Source: a bacterium
GTDB lineage: Bacteria; Desulfobacterota; DSWW01
DNA: 38,523 nt
Direction of reading: 5' to 3'
NCBI GenBank assembly: GCA_040756235.1
Contig: JBFLZG010000101.1
Coordinates: forward strand, 1-38,523
Position 1 is the stretch's first letter; the number at the start of each line of letters is the position of its first letter. The notes under the pieces were generated by a model. The model worked only from the letters and a program-made list of their open reading frames with translations, had not been told where the DNA came from and searched no databases. Positions 16,907-25,856 of the stretch are shown one piece after another. The position numbers and the translations under genes were made by a program.

Positions 16907-19207
16907 GTGAACCGAACCGGGGGGGGCAATCGCTTGCATCAGAAAGAGAACGCCTATTTGGGGCTCGACGTGGGGGCGGCCAGCATGGTTCTCGTGCTGA
17001 TCGACCGCCACGCAAACATCCTGGATGCGCGGTACTGGCTGGTCCACAAGGAGGGGCCGCAGACCGAGCACGAGCCTCGGCCCCGCTGCATCCGGTCTTG
17101 CGCCTCCTGCCTGAACCCTTGCGGGGCGGCGCTCATCGTCCGCCGGACCGGGGAGTTCCTTGCCAATGCCGTCAGGAAGTTCGACGTCGCTCTCGGGGGC
17201 TTCGTGGCGACCGGCAGCCAGGTCACCAAAGACATCCCGTTCCCGGTGCCTCTGGACATGGTGGTCAGCGAGATCGGCGCCCACGCCCGCGGGATGCGCA
17301 GGGCCTCCAACACGGGAGGCGTGCACGCCATCATCGACGTGGGCGGGCAGGACATCAAAGTCATCCGGCTCGCCAACCCGCTGGACTTCCACATGAGCGG
17401 ACTGTGCGCCGCGGGCACGGGAACCTACCTGGACGAAATCTCCCGGGTCGAGCGCATCAGCGTCTCCGATTTCGGCAATATCGGCGGGCAGTACATCTGC
17501 AAGGTGCTCGACTCCCTCGACACCGACCGGCCGCTTTCGATCGAGGAGTTCTCGTCCACCTGCACGGTATTTACGAAATCCTCTTACGTGCGCAAGAAAG
17601 GGTCCCTCAGTCTGGACGAACGCGTGGCTGCCATCTGTTGGGCCCAGGCCAAGCAGGTCTACAACACGGTGATCCCCAGCCTGCGGAACTACGAGGAGAG
17701 AATATCCCTTCAGGGAGGGGTCTCCTTCAACTTCGGCGTGCGCCTCGCGCTGGACCACTTTCTCAAGAAGGGGCGCGGACTGGACCGGAACGGCGCGCCG
17801 GTCCTGGTGATACCGGAGATTTCCGACTACTGCGACAGAGACGGAAAGCCCAGGCCCGTCTCCCATCTCATGGGAGCCCTCGGCGCCGCCCTGCTCGGCA
17901 AGGAGTACGCCGATCTGGGCAAGCCCGCCCTGTCCCAGGAGAAGCACTGCCCTCCCCTGCGGGGATCCAAGCTGCGCAAGAATCTCCTGCGAGAGCAGAT
18001 CCGCACCGCTTCCCGCACCGATTCGTCCAAGCCCAAGGTCGCCTGGAACGGGACGCTGTTCCCCAGCGAGATCTGCTATCTCTTCGATATCGTGCCCGTT
18101 CCGCTGCCGGTCCTGGCCGCCATCGACTGCGAAAACGCGCAGCACAATCTCCTTACCGCTTCCAGAGAGGAGGGGGTGGACCGGGCCAACTGCACCATCC
18201 TGTCCGCGGTGCTGGGCCGCCTCGACCGGACGCCGGCGCCGGATTTCATCTTCCATACAACGGGGAGCTGCGACTACTATCGACAGCACATGCTCAGGGT
18301 CATCGACCTGGCCGTGGAAAGATTCGGCCTCGACCCTGAAAGGCAGGCCTGCTCCGTAGACCTCCCGACGTACACCTTCGAGACCGAAGGGGGCATCCGT
18401 TTTCTGGCGGATCAGCTCCGCAACGCGGTGTACAGGATCGAAGAGACTCTGAAAGTCCGGCACGATCCGGCCAAGCTCAGAGGGATCCTCCAGAACGTGA
18501 ACCGGGCGAGACATTACCATGTGCTGACCGAAGAGCTGCGCGCCAAGCACCCGGCCCTCGCCTACGGCTCCGAGCTGCTGAAGAGGGCGGTCCTCTACTC
18601 TTCGGCCTGGGGCACCGAAGCCTTCGTGGAGATCACGAAGGCCTACTACGAGGAGCTTGCAGAACGCGCCAGGAGCCTGGCGCCCGGCCGGACCCCGCTC
18701 TTTCATCTGGGCGAGAAGCACCGGATCCTCTGGGTCTACTTGTGGGATTATACCAGCACGTCGATGTTCACGTACCTGGAGGGCGAGCTCAACTGCGCCA
18801 TCGTGGCCGAGGAGTTGAACCACATCCACTGGGCCCCGATGGATCCGGACCGGCCCTTCGAGAGCATCGCCAGGCGGGTCGTCCAGCCGATCAACCACCT
18901 GAACAGCCGGATCACTTACCTCATGGAGATGGCCGAACGATACAGGGTCGACGGCATCATCCTGTTCGCCCACTTCTTCGGCCATTGCCCGCTGGCGAGC
19001 GAAAGCATTCAGAACCTGCTCCGCAAGAGCGACTATCCCACGCTGTTTCTGGAGGGCGATTGTCTCGACGAGACGAGAAGACCGAGCAGCACGATCACCA
19101 AGGTGCAGGCCTTCGTCGAGCAGCTCAACCTGAAGAGCTACGGCAACCTCTTCGGAGTACGTGTGCCGCCCCCGGACCTGCCCCGGCAGGCTGCGCGGAG
19201 CGTCTGA
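16907..19207 (+). CDS. Fusion of BadF/BcrA/HgdC-type ATP-dependent activator with 2-hydroxyacyl-CoA dehydratase (HgdB/FldC-type) subunit
   Basis: GLDVGAAS, SEIGAHARG, IIDVGGQDIK, CAAGTGTYLD, STCTVF, QGGV, MGALGAA; then TTGSCD, VDGIILF..HCP, LFLEGDC, TKVQAFVEQL. Start may instead be TTG 16934 after a G8 run. Confidence 0.85.
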   Translation: MNRTGGGNRLHQKENAYLGLDVGAASMVLVLIDRHANILDARYWLVHKEGPQTEHEPRPRCIRSCASCLNPCGAALIVRRTGEFLANAVRKFDVALGGFVATGSQVTKDIPFPVPLDMVVSEIGAHARGMRRASNTGGVHAIIDVGGQDIKVIRLANPLDFHMSGLCAAGTGTYLDEISRVERISVSDFGNIGGQYICKVLDSLDTDRPLSIEEFSSTCTVFTKSSYVRKKGSLSLDERVAAICWAQAKQVYNTVIPSLRNYEERISLQGGVSFNFGVRLALDHFLKKGRGLDRNGAPVLVIPEISDYCDRDGKPRPVSHLMGALGAALLGKEYADLGKPALSQEKHCPPLRGSKLRKNLLREQIRTASRTDSSKPKVAWNGTLFPSEICYLFDIVPVPLPVLAAIDCENAQHNLLTASREEGVDRANCTILSAVLGRLDRTPAPDFIFHTTGSCDYYRQHMLRVIDLAVERFGLDPERQACSVDLPTYTFETEGGIRFLADQLRNAVYRIEETLKVRHDPAKLRGILQNVNRARHYHVLTEELRAKHPALAYGSELLKRAVLYSSAWGTEAFVEITKAYYEELAERARSLAPGRTPLFHLGEKHRILWVYLWDYTSTSMFTYLEGELNCAIVAEELNHIHWAPMDPDRPFESIARRVVQPINHLNSRITYLMEMAERYRVDGIILFAHFFGHCPLASESIQNLLRKSDYPTLFLEGDCLDETRRPSSTITKVQAFVEQLNLKSYGNLFGVRVPPPDLPRQAARSV

Positions 19208-19236
19208 CAGGCTGTTCAAGAATCCCGCCTGGCAAG
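19208..19236 (+). repeat. Degenerate MITE end
   Basis: CAGGCTGTTCAAGAATCCC..GCAAG resembles the left end of the 20671 element and begins immediately after a stop codon. Confidence 0.5.
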
Positions 19237-19312
19237 CCTGCCGCGAGTTGCTGCGAAGTCGGAGATTGCGCGGCTCTGCGAGGCAACGGCGGCCGCCAGA
19301 GCAAGGCTCGGA

Positions 19313-19594
19313 TCACAGCATCTCTTCGAAGCGCCGCTTCGTCTCGGCTGTCAGCCCAGCCGACTTGCGGAGATTCACGGCCCGCATGATGTCGTAGGAC
19401 CCGTCCTCGAAGAGCACCGGCACCTGGGTGACATAGTCGGGTCTGGCACAACAGCCGGGTGCGAAGAAGTGCCCTGGCCTCTTCCCCTCCCGGCAGCGGG
19501 ACCTCGCCTTTTCGAGATCGGCCCTGGACAGGACCATCCCGAGCTGGCCCTGGGTCGTTGCCACGAGATCGCCCGGCACGAAAGAACGGTTCAT
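19313..19594 (-). CDS. Small hypothetical protein (93 aa)
   Basis: GAGGTG RBS, GC3-biased codons, protein-like sequence FVPGDLV..GQLGMVL..FFAPGCCARPDY..VPVLFEDG. Confidence 0.65.
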   Translation of the reverse strand: MNRSFVPGDLVATTQGQLGMVLSRADLEKARSRCREGKRPGHFFAPGCCARPDYVTQVPVLFEDGSYDIMRAVNLRKSAGLTAETKRRFEEML

Positions 19595-19636
19595 TTCGAA
19601 GATACACCTCATGGGGGTCGGAGAGGGCCCGGGCCC

Positions 19637-19815
19637 GGATTCCGGCCTTCGCCGGAATGACGGAAATCATGCGGCCGCGCCTCCGAGTCCTCCGGAATGA
19701 GTGGTCGCACGAGGGTCTGACCGGATGCATGACACAGCCTCCTCCGCCGGAATGACGGAAAGAGTCATTTCCAGGCGGCCTGACACTGAAACCCGAAAGC
19801 TGAAAGCTGACAGCC
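19637..19815. repeat. Cluster of GTCATTCCGGCG-type palindromic repeats plus heptamer repeats
   Basis: GGATTCCGGCCTTCGCCGGAATGAC (19637-19661); CGCCGGAATGACGGAAA repeated at 19650 and 19745; TCCGGAATGA at 19691; CTGAAAG/CTGACAG-like run at about 19780-19815. Confidence 0.65.
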
Positions 19816-19817
19816 TC

Positions 19818-20612
19818 CTATGCTGCCCTCGAGCCGCCGTCCAGCAGCAGATAGGTGCCCGTCATGAGCCGCGACTCGTCCGAGGCGAGGTAGACCGCCG
19901 CGTACGCGACGTCCGCCGGCTCGCTGAGCAGGTTCAGCGGAACCGTGGCCGCCGCGAACTGCTTGGCGGTATCGAAGCTCCACTCCGGCCCGAGGTTGAT
20001 CCCGTAGAGCGCCTGCGCCCTCTTCAGGAAGCGCTCGCCCATGGGGGTCGTCGCCACGACCGGACAGATGCAGTTCGACCGGATCTTCTGGGGCGCCAGC
20101 TCGACCGCCATGATCTGCGAGAAGGCGAGCACGCCCGCCTTGCTCGCACCGTAGCAGGCGTTGCCCATCCGGCCTTTCAGAGCGGAGAGGGAAGCGGTGT
20201 GGACCATCGAGCCGCCGCCCGCCTGGACGAGGTGCGGGATGGCGAATTTGGAGCACAGCCAAGTGCCCCTCAGGTTCACGTTCATCACCCGGTCCCAGTC
20301 CTCCTCCGAGATCTCCGCCACCTTCTCCATGTGCTCGATGCCCGCGTTGTTGAACAGGACGTTGAGCTTGCCGAAGGCGGCCACCGTCTCCTCCATGATC
20401 CTTTGCACGTCCGCGGTCTCGGTGATGTCCCCCCGGATGGCGATCGCCTTCCCTCCCGCCTTGTTGATGCCGTCGACGACCTTCTTCAGTTCGCTCGCGT
20501 TGATGTCCACGGCGGCGACGCTGGCGCCCTCCCTGGCGAACATCTCGGCAGAGCCCCGGCCGTATCCGGACGCCGCCCCCGTGATCACAGCGACCTTGCC
20601 TGCGAGTCTCAT
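19818..20612 (-). CDS. SDR family NAD-dependent dehydrogenase (copy 1)
   Basis: ITGAASGYG, AVDI, LFNNAGI, TASLS, YGASK; GGAGGAG RBS. Confidence 0.9.
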   Translation of the reverse strand: MRLAGKVAVITGAASGYGRGSAEMFAREGASVAAVDINASELKKVVDGINKAGGKAIAIRGDITETADVQRIMEETVAAFGKLNVLFNNAGIEHMEKVAEISEEDWDRVMNVNLRGTWLCSKFAIPHLVQAGGGSMVHTASLSALKGRMGNACYGASKAGVLAFSQIMAVELAPQKIRSNCICPVVATTPMGERFLKRAQALYGINLGPEWSFDTAKQFAAATVPLNLLSEPADVAYAAVYLASDESRLMTGTYLLLDGGSRAA

Positions 20613-20670
20613 GGCTCCTCCCCTCTTGCTTGGTGTCGGTCCCCTGCGCGTTGAAAAACCGCCCCTTCTG

Positions 20671-20838
20671 CAGGCTGTTCAAAAATGCCCAGATGCAAGG
20701 CAGGCGAAGTTCTGAGGCCTGTTCCGAGGAGCGAAGCGACGAGGAAACCCCCGGCTACGATTGTCCGCCGCAGCCGTGGCGCCGGGGGACCGCTTCGCAA
20801 AGCTCGCGGCACGCAGATGGGCGTTTTTCAACAGCCTG
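20671..20838 (+). mobile_element. MITE-like element, 168-bp variant copy
   Basis: TIRs CAGGCTGTTCAAAAATGCCCAGATGC ... GCAGATGGGCGTTTTTCAACAGCCTG; interior differs from the 6548 copy. Confidence 0.8.
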
Positions 20839-20841
20839 TCC

Positions 20842-22341
20842 TCATTTCGGCACGATCAGATCATACCAGGTCCTCTGCTGGCGCGTGTGGCCGAGGTCGA
20901 TCTGGAAGCTCTTGACCTCCGTGTAGTCGTTCAGCAGGCCGTGAAGCCCCCTCTCCCTGCCGATGCCGCTCTGCTTGCATCCGCCGTAGGGGAGATCCAG
21001 GCTCATAAGATGCACCTCGTTGATCCAGACATTGCCCACCCGGAGCTTCTCCCCGATGGCGATCGCCCGCTCGACGTTCCTGGACCAGACTGCCCCGAGC
21101 AGGCCGTACTTCGTGTCGTTGGCGATCCGGACCGCCTCGTCGTCGCCCTTGTAGCGAATGACGCACAAGACGGGTCCGAAGATCTCCTCCTGGGCGATGG
21201 TCATGCCATGGTCCACGTTGGTGAAGACGGCAGGCTCCAGATAAAAGCCTTTCTTCAGCCCTTCGGGCCTGACACCGCCGCACGCCAGCACGGCCCCTTC
21301 CCGCATGCCGGCTTCGATGTATCGCTCCACCCTGGCGCGCTGCTCCGCCGAGATCAGGGGCCCCATGGTCGTCTGCGGGTCCATGGGATCCCCCACCTTG
21401 ATCTTCCTGACCTTGCCGACGAGCTTCTCCACGAAGGCCTCGTAGAGGTTGTCCGGGACCAGGGCCCGCGTCGTGGCGTAGCAGATCTGCCCCGCGTTCA
21501 TGAAGCATCCCCAGATGGCCGCGTCCACGGCCAGGTCCAGGTCCACGTCGTCGAGAAAGATGCTGGCCGACTTGCCGCCCAGCTCCATGGTCGCGTTCTT
21601 GATCGTGGAGGAGGCCAGGCAGAGGACACGCTTTCCGGTCTCGGACGACCCGGTGAAGGAGATCTTGTCGACCAGCGGGTGCGAGGCGAGCATCTCCCCC
21701 ACGCTCTCTCCCGCCCCCACCAGGACATTGACGACCCCCTTGGGCAACTCGGACTCGTCCACGATCTTCGCGAGCTCCAGCAGCGTGCAGGGCGTCAGGA
21801 GCGACGGCTTGATCACGACGCTGTTGCCGGTCGCAAGGGGTGCCGCGAGCATGGCGGCGCCCAGCAGGATCGGGGCGTTCCAGGGCACGATCTGCGCGCA
21901 CACGCCGATCGGCTCCCGCCTGACATACGGAAAGGCGGCCGCCGGCGCCCGGAAGAGAGGCATCGGCTCCTCGAACACGCGGTTGGCCGCCTTGGCGAAC
22001 CACTCGAAGCGGTTCTGGGCGCTCGTGACCATGGTGAAGAGCGAGTGGGCCATGGGCGCCCCGAGGTTCTGCGTCTCGAGGAGCGCGAAATCCATGGCCC
22101 GCTGCCTGAAGCGGGCGAGCACGTCCAGGAGGATCCGGCTCCGTTCGGCCGGCTCCTTGTTGCGCCACACCCCGCTCTCGAACGAAGCCTTGGCCGCCTT
22201 CACGGCCCGGTCCGCGTCCTGGGCCGTGGCCAGGGGCACCTCGGCAAATGCTTCCTCGTTGCCCGGGCTGATGACCGGCGCGGTCCGGCCCTCCGCGGCG
22301 TCGCACCACTGGCCGTCGATGTACATCTGGTACTTCTTCAT
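20842..22341 (-). CDS. Aldehyde dehydrogenase (copy 1), 499 aa
   Basis: PWNAP, KPS, FTGS, MELGGKS (catalytic Glu), NAGQIC (catalytic Cys), EEIFGPV, PYGG; ATG 22341 with GGAGG RBS. Confidence 0.93.
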   Translation of the reverse strand: MKKYQMYIDGQWCDAAEGRTAPVISPGNEEAFAEVPLATAQDADRAVKAAKASFESGVWRNKEPAERSRILLDVLARFRQRAMDFALLETQNLGAPMAHSLFTMVTSAQNRFEWFAKAANRVFEEPMPLFRAPAAAFPYVRREPIGVCAQIVPWNAPILLGAAMLAAPLATGNSVVIKPSLLTPCTLLELAKIVDESELPKGVVNVLVGAGESVGEMLASHPLVDKISFTGSSETGKRVLCLASSTIKNATMELGGKSASIFLDDVDLDLAVDAAIWGCFMNAGQICYATTRALVPDNLYEAFVEKLVGKVRKIKVGDPMDPQTTMGPLISAEQRARVERYIEAGMREGAVLACGGVRPEGLKKGFYLEPAVFTNVDHGMTIAQEEIFGPVLCVIRYKGDDEAVRIANDTKYGLLGAVWSRNVERAIAIGEKLRVGNVWINEVHLMSLDLPYGGCKQSGIGRERGLHGLLNDYTEVKSFQIDLGHTRQQRTWYDLIVPK

Positions 22342-22343
22342 GA

Positions 22344-22757
22344 TCACCCCTCCTCCCCCTGCTGCGCCTTGTCCCGGATGAACGCCGCGATCTGCTTGAA
22401 GCTGGCGCTCTGCGTGAACACCCCCGTCACCCCCATCTCTCTCAGCCTGGGGATGTCTTCCTCGGGGATCACCCCCCCCATGACGAGCAGCCGGTCCCCG
22501 ATCCCCTCGGACCGCATGCGCGCGAGCATCTTCTCGGCGACCTTCATGTGGGCGCCCGAGAGGATGCTCACGCCGATCACGTCCACGTCCTCCTGCACGG
22601 CCGCGCTCACCACGTCGTTCACGCTCCTGCGCAGGCCCGTGTACACGACCTCCATGCCGGCGTTCCTCAGGGCCGTGCACACGAGGAGGGCCCCCTTGTC
22701 GTGGCCGTCGAGCCCGACCTTGGCAATCAGCACCCGGATTCTCTTGTCCCCAGCCAT
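22344..22757 (-). CDS. Cobalamin-binding small subunit of split methylmalonyl-CoA mutase-like enzyme
   Basis: RVLIAKVGLDGHDKGA (DxHxxG), GMEVVYTGLR, GVSILSGAH, GGVIP. Confidence 0.93.
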   Translation of the reverse strand: MAGDKRIRVLIAKVGLDGHDKGALLVCTALRNAGMEVVYTGLRRSVNDVVSAAVQEDVDVIGVSILSGAHMKVAEKMLARMRSEGIGDRLLVMGGVIPEEDIPRLREMGVTGVFTQSASFKQIAAFIRDKAQQGEEG

Positions 22758-22774
22758 GGCTCACACCTCCACCT

Positions 22775-22806
22775 CAGGCCGTTGGAAAAGGCCCATCTGC
22801 TGCGTT
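22775..22806 (-). repeat. Isolated MITE end between the mutase subunit genes
   Basis: CAGGCCGTTGGAAAAGGCCCATCTGCTGCGTT resembles the reverse complement of the MITE right end. Confidence 0.6.
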
Positions 22807-22814
22807 CGGCTCGT

Positions 22815-24545
22815 TCAGTGCACCTCGCCGAATACGTTGCGCAGAACGCCGCAGATCTCGCCCATGGTGACCATCTCCTTCACGGCGTCCACGAAGAACG
22901 GGACCAGGTTCGCCTGCTCGTCGCGCGCCGCGTTCCCGATCTTCTCGAGGCACGCCCGCACCTTGCGGTCGTCCCTTTCCGCCTTGATCTTGCGGAGCTT
23001 CGCAATCTGCCTCGCTTCCGCGTCCTCGCGCCTCTCCGACTTGTACGGGGAGGTCCTCGGAATCCGGATCTCGATCTCGTCCGGCTCCGTGTACTTGTTC
23101 ACGCCGATCCGGATCTCCTCGCCGGCCTCGACCTTGCGCTGGAACTCCCAGGCGCTCATGGCGATCTGCTCCTTCATCCACCCGCTCTCGATCGCCCTGA
23201 CCGCGCCGCCCATCTGGTCGATCTTCGCGATGAGATCGAGGATCTCCTGCTCGTAACGGTCCGTCAGGGACTCGACGTAGTAGGAGCCACCGAGCGCGTC
23301 CTGGACGTCGCAGAGCTTGCACTCCTCCATGATGATGCGGGAAGCGTCGGCGGCGAGCTGCCTCGCCTCCACGCTGTGGCCGAGCCCGAGCGGCTCGTCG
23401 TACGGGGGCTCGCAAGCCGGAGGCTCCCCGATCAGGGCCGCAAAAGCCGCGCCGATCACGACCCGGACGAGGTTGTTCAGGGGCCGCTGGATCGTCATGG
23501 GCCAGTAGCCGGTCAGCCCCCCTCCCAGCTCCTTGTAGGTCCAGTTCCGCGGGTCCTTCGAATGGAAACGCTCGCGCATGATCCGGGCCCACACCCGGCG
23601 CGCGGCGCGCCGCACGGCGGCCTCTTTCAGGACCTCCATGCCGCCGCCGAAGTTCAGGAAGGTCGTGCGCGGCACGAACTCGTCGATCGCCAGCCCCGCG
23701 CTCAGGGCGACCTCGAAATAGGCGATGGCGTTCGCGAAGCAGAAGGCGATCGCCTGCGCCCGGCTGGCGCCCGCCTCCCGCATGTGGTAGGCGCAGATGC
23801 TGATCGTGTTCATGTTCGGGAGGTGTTCCGTGCAGTACGTGAAGGTGTCCCGGGTCATGCGCATGGAGTGCTGAATCGGAAAGATGTGGGTGCCCCGGGC
23901 CACGAACTCCTTGAGGACGTCGTTCTGAGGCGTGCCCCTGAGCTTCTCCAGGGGCACGCCCCTCTTCTGGGCAAGGGCGACGTACATGGCGAGGATGATG
24001 TTCGTGGTCGCGTTGATCGTCCAGTTGGAGGCGATCCGGTCGAGCTCCATCTCGCCGACAAAAGGCTCGTAGATCGTCTCGAAATCCTTGAGCGTGTCGA
24101 TCGCCACGCCCACCCGGCCCACCTCACCCTCGGCCAGCTCCGAGTCCGAGTCGTAGCCGGTCTGGGTGGGCAGGTCAAAGGCCACGTTCGGCCCGCCGCC
24201 GCGGCTTCCGGTCTTGCCCCGTTCGATGTAGTAGTCCCGCATGTCCTCGGCCGTGCCGTAGCCAGCGTAGCCGAAGGCATGCCGGATCGACTTGCCGCCC
24301 GCGAGCGTGTTCCCCCTGCCCCAGAAGGGAAGATGGATCGGGATGGCGTGCCGGCCGGCGGTGAAGGGGTACTCTCCGGGGAAGCCCACGCGCTCGAGGA
24401 AATCATGGTCTTCCAGGTCCGCAGGCGTGTAGTACTCGACGGGAGACTCGTTGAGGCAGAGCCGCTGGATACCTTTCTTGAGGGTACCTTCTTCCCACCT
24501 CTTCCTGGCATCCCGGACGGACTTGGCGTCTTCTTTTCCGGCCAT
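22815..24545 (-). CDS. Methylmalonyl-CoA mutase-like large subunit
   Basis: GFPGEYPFT, YAGYGT, AFDLPTQTGYDSD, GEVGRVGVAID, GTPQNDVLKEFVARGT, ISICAYHMREAGA, DALGGSYYVESLT, GVNKY, TMGEIC. Confidence 0.92.
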   Translation of the reverse strand: MAGKEDAKSVRDARKRWEEGTLKKGIQRLCLNESPVEYYTPADLEDHDFLERVGFPGEYPFTAGRHAIPIHLPFWGRGNTLAGGKSIRHAFGYAGYGTAEDMRDYYIERGKTGSRGGGPNVAFDLPTQTGYDSDSELAEGEVGRVGVAIDTLKDFETIYEPFVGEMELDRIASNWTINATTNIILAMYVALAQKRGVPLEKLRGTPQNDVLKEFVARGTHIFPIQHSMRMTRDTFTYCTEHLPNMNTISICAYHMREAGASRAQAIAFCFANAIAYFEVALSAGLAIDEFVPRTTFLNFGGGMEVLKEAAVRRAARRVWARIMRERFHSKDPRNWTYKELGGGLTGYWPMTIQRPLNNLVRVVIGAAFAALIGEPPACEPPYDEPLGLGHSVEARQLAADASRIIMEECKLCDVQDALGGSYYVESLTDRYEQEILDLIAKIDQMGGAVRAIESGWMKEQIAMSAWEFQRKVEAGEEIRIGVNKYTEPDEIEIRIPRTSPYKSERREDAEARQIAKLRKIKAERDDRKVRACLEKIGNAARDEQANLVPFFVDAVKEMVTMGEICGVLRNVFGEVH

Positions 24546-24605
24546 AGGTTTTCTCCCTGTCGGAACCTTTCTCTGAAAAGTACTGCTTGGCGATTTGAAG
24601 TCACC

Positions 24606-24618
24606 TCTTACGACAAGA
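24606..24618. promoter_or_regulatory. Possible weaker GntR operator in front of the leftward mutase operon
   Basis: TCTTACGACAAGA: inverted TCTT/AAGA arms, shares the TACGAC core with the 34734 site. Confidence 0.3.
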
Positions 24619-24780
24619 TCTTGTGCTTACAAACCATGCCCTCTGGCTGGCCTCAAAGTCAAGGAAACGGGTACGGCAGACGGGTTCGAGCTTTCCAATC
24701 AGAAGGCCTGCGTTGCACCTGCCAGCCTGATCCATGCGGTCACTTCGCGTGCTTATTACTGCACTGCCTCCAATTTCTGC

Positions 24781-24809
24781 TTGACTTGAACGTGCACGGA
24801 TGGTAGTTT
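24781..24809 (+). promoter_or_regulatory. Sigma70 promoter with extended -10 for the rightward catabolic operon
   Basis: TTGACT-17bp-TAGTTT, with TGn immediately before the -10. Confidence 0.55.
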
Positions 24810-24828
24810 TTGGCAGAAAGTCTAGGAT

Positions 24829-24844
24829 GAATGTTCGTACAATA
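24829..24844. promoter_or_regulatory. Candidate GntR/HutC operator
   Basis: GAATGTTCGTACAATA matches the reverse complement of the site upstream of gntR (TATTGGTCGTACAATA) at 13/16 positions. Confidence 0.55.
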
Positions 24845-24957
24845 CAACAAATAACTCACAACATCGTTGCATTCCGGTGGGTTAGTTGGTGCAAATACAT
24901 CGGATGATTCCATCCTTTTCCCGATTGGAGTGACCGGCATGCGCAGCGGAGGCAGCT

Positions 24958-25812
24958 ATGGTGAACGATTTTAGCGTCGCCTACCGTACAACCGAAGCAG
25001 AACTTGGACCCATGATCGCCCTCGGAATGTCGGCCGAAGGGGCAGGTGCGGCGCTGTTCGTTATCTCTGTCATGCTCGGGGCCAAGACCTCTGCTCTTCT
25101 GGGTCTGGGGACGGTCTGTCTGGGCGCGGGAGCTCTCTTCGCACATCTTGGACACCCCTCACGGTTCTGGAGGGTCGTCTCGAAGAGCCGGACCACCTGG
25201 ATCAGCCGGGGGGCTGTATTCACAGGCGGTCTGATCGGGTGCGGTGCTCTTTCCCTGATCATGCCAGATGCCAACGGGTGGCGAATGCTCTCCCATGTTT
25301 TCTCGTTCATCTGTGCAGTAGTGGTGATGCTCTATACGGGATTTCATTTCTCGTCCATGAATGCGGTTCCGTTCTGGCACAGTCCCTTGCTTCCCACACT
25401 TCTCCTGGTGCAATCGACGGCGACTGCTGGAGTTGCGGCAATGATCGTGATCCCTACCTCAGGTTCGAGGCTCGTCGCGTATCCCCAGGCCGTCTCCGCC
25501 GTGATCGCGACGCTCCTGCTTTGCTTGGGACTCACGTGGGTTTACCTCAAATCGAGCCCCCCCTGCGAGGCCGCCCGGGAATCTGTGCGGCTGCTGACCG
25601 AGGGAAGACTGAGATCGATCTTCGTGATGAGGGGGGCTGTTCTGGGCCTTGTGGGCCCGACGATCTTGATCCTCTCGGCTGTTCACCTCTCCGGAACCAT
25701 GGCACCCCCGGTCGCACGGCTCCTGTCGCTTGCTCTGATTCTGCGGGTCTTGGGGGATTTCAGCTTCCGTCACGCCATCCTCCGGTCGGGAGTCTATGCT
25801 CCGGTCGTATGA
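24958..25812 (+). CDS. DmsC/NrfD-family membrane anchor subunit
   Basis: Multiple TM helices, HLGHPSRFWRV..TWISRG, LYTGF..VPFWHSPLLP; GGAGG RBS; precedes Mo enzyme and FeS subunit. Confidence 0.82.
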   Translation: MVNDFSVAYRTTEAELGPMIALGMSAEGAGAALFVISVMLGAKTSALLGLGTVCLGAGALFAHLGHPSRFWRVVSKSRTTWISRGAVFTGGLIGCGALSLIMPDANGWRMLSHVFSFICAVVVMLYTGFHFSSMNAVPFWHSPLLPTLLLVQSTATAGVAAMIVIPTSGSRLVAYPQAVSAVIATLLLCLGLTWVYLKSSPPCEAARESVRLLTEGRLRSIFVMRGAVLGLVGPTILILSAVHLSGTMAPPVARLLSLALILRVLGDFSFRHAILRSGVYAPVV

Positions 25813-25856
25813 GTCCCATTGACATGTATGGAAACGGACAGAGCAGGAGAAGCCGA

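Noticed and set aside
16919..16926. G8 tract as a phase-variation switch
   Set aside because: Short for a high-GC genome; it could simply serve as the RBS for TTG 16934
16682..19219. 845-aa antisense ORF, and similar long antisense ORFs (20761..23256, 22548..24806, 13827..15740, 3114..4829, 36761..38410)
   Set aside because: Shadow ORFs expected opposite high-GC3 genes; no motifs, and fully overlapping well-supported CDSs
19637..19815. CRISPR array
   Set aside because: Repeats are few, degenerate and irregularly spaced; no cas genes
22342..22764. N-terminal extension of ALDH copy 1 (640-aa ORF)
   Set aside because: Overlaps the B12-binding subunit gene in another frame; the paralogue and RBS support start 22341
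25239..25856. N-terminal extension or Tat signal (SRRS) on the Mo enzyme
   Set aside because: The extension overlaps the anchor gene out of frame; SRRS is not followed by an FLK-like motif or hydrophobic region
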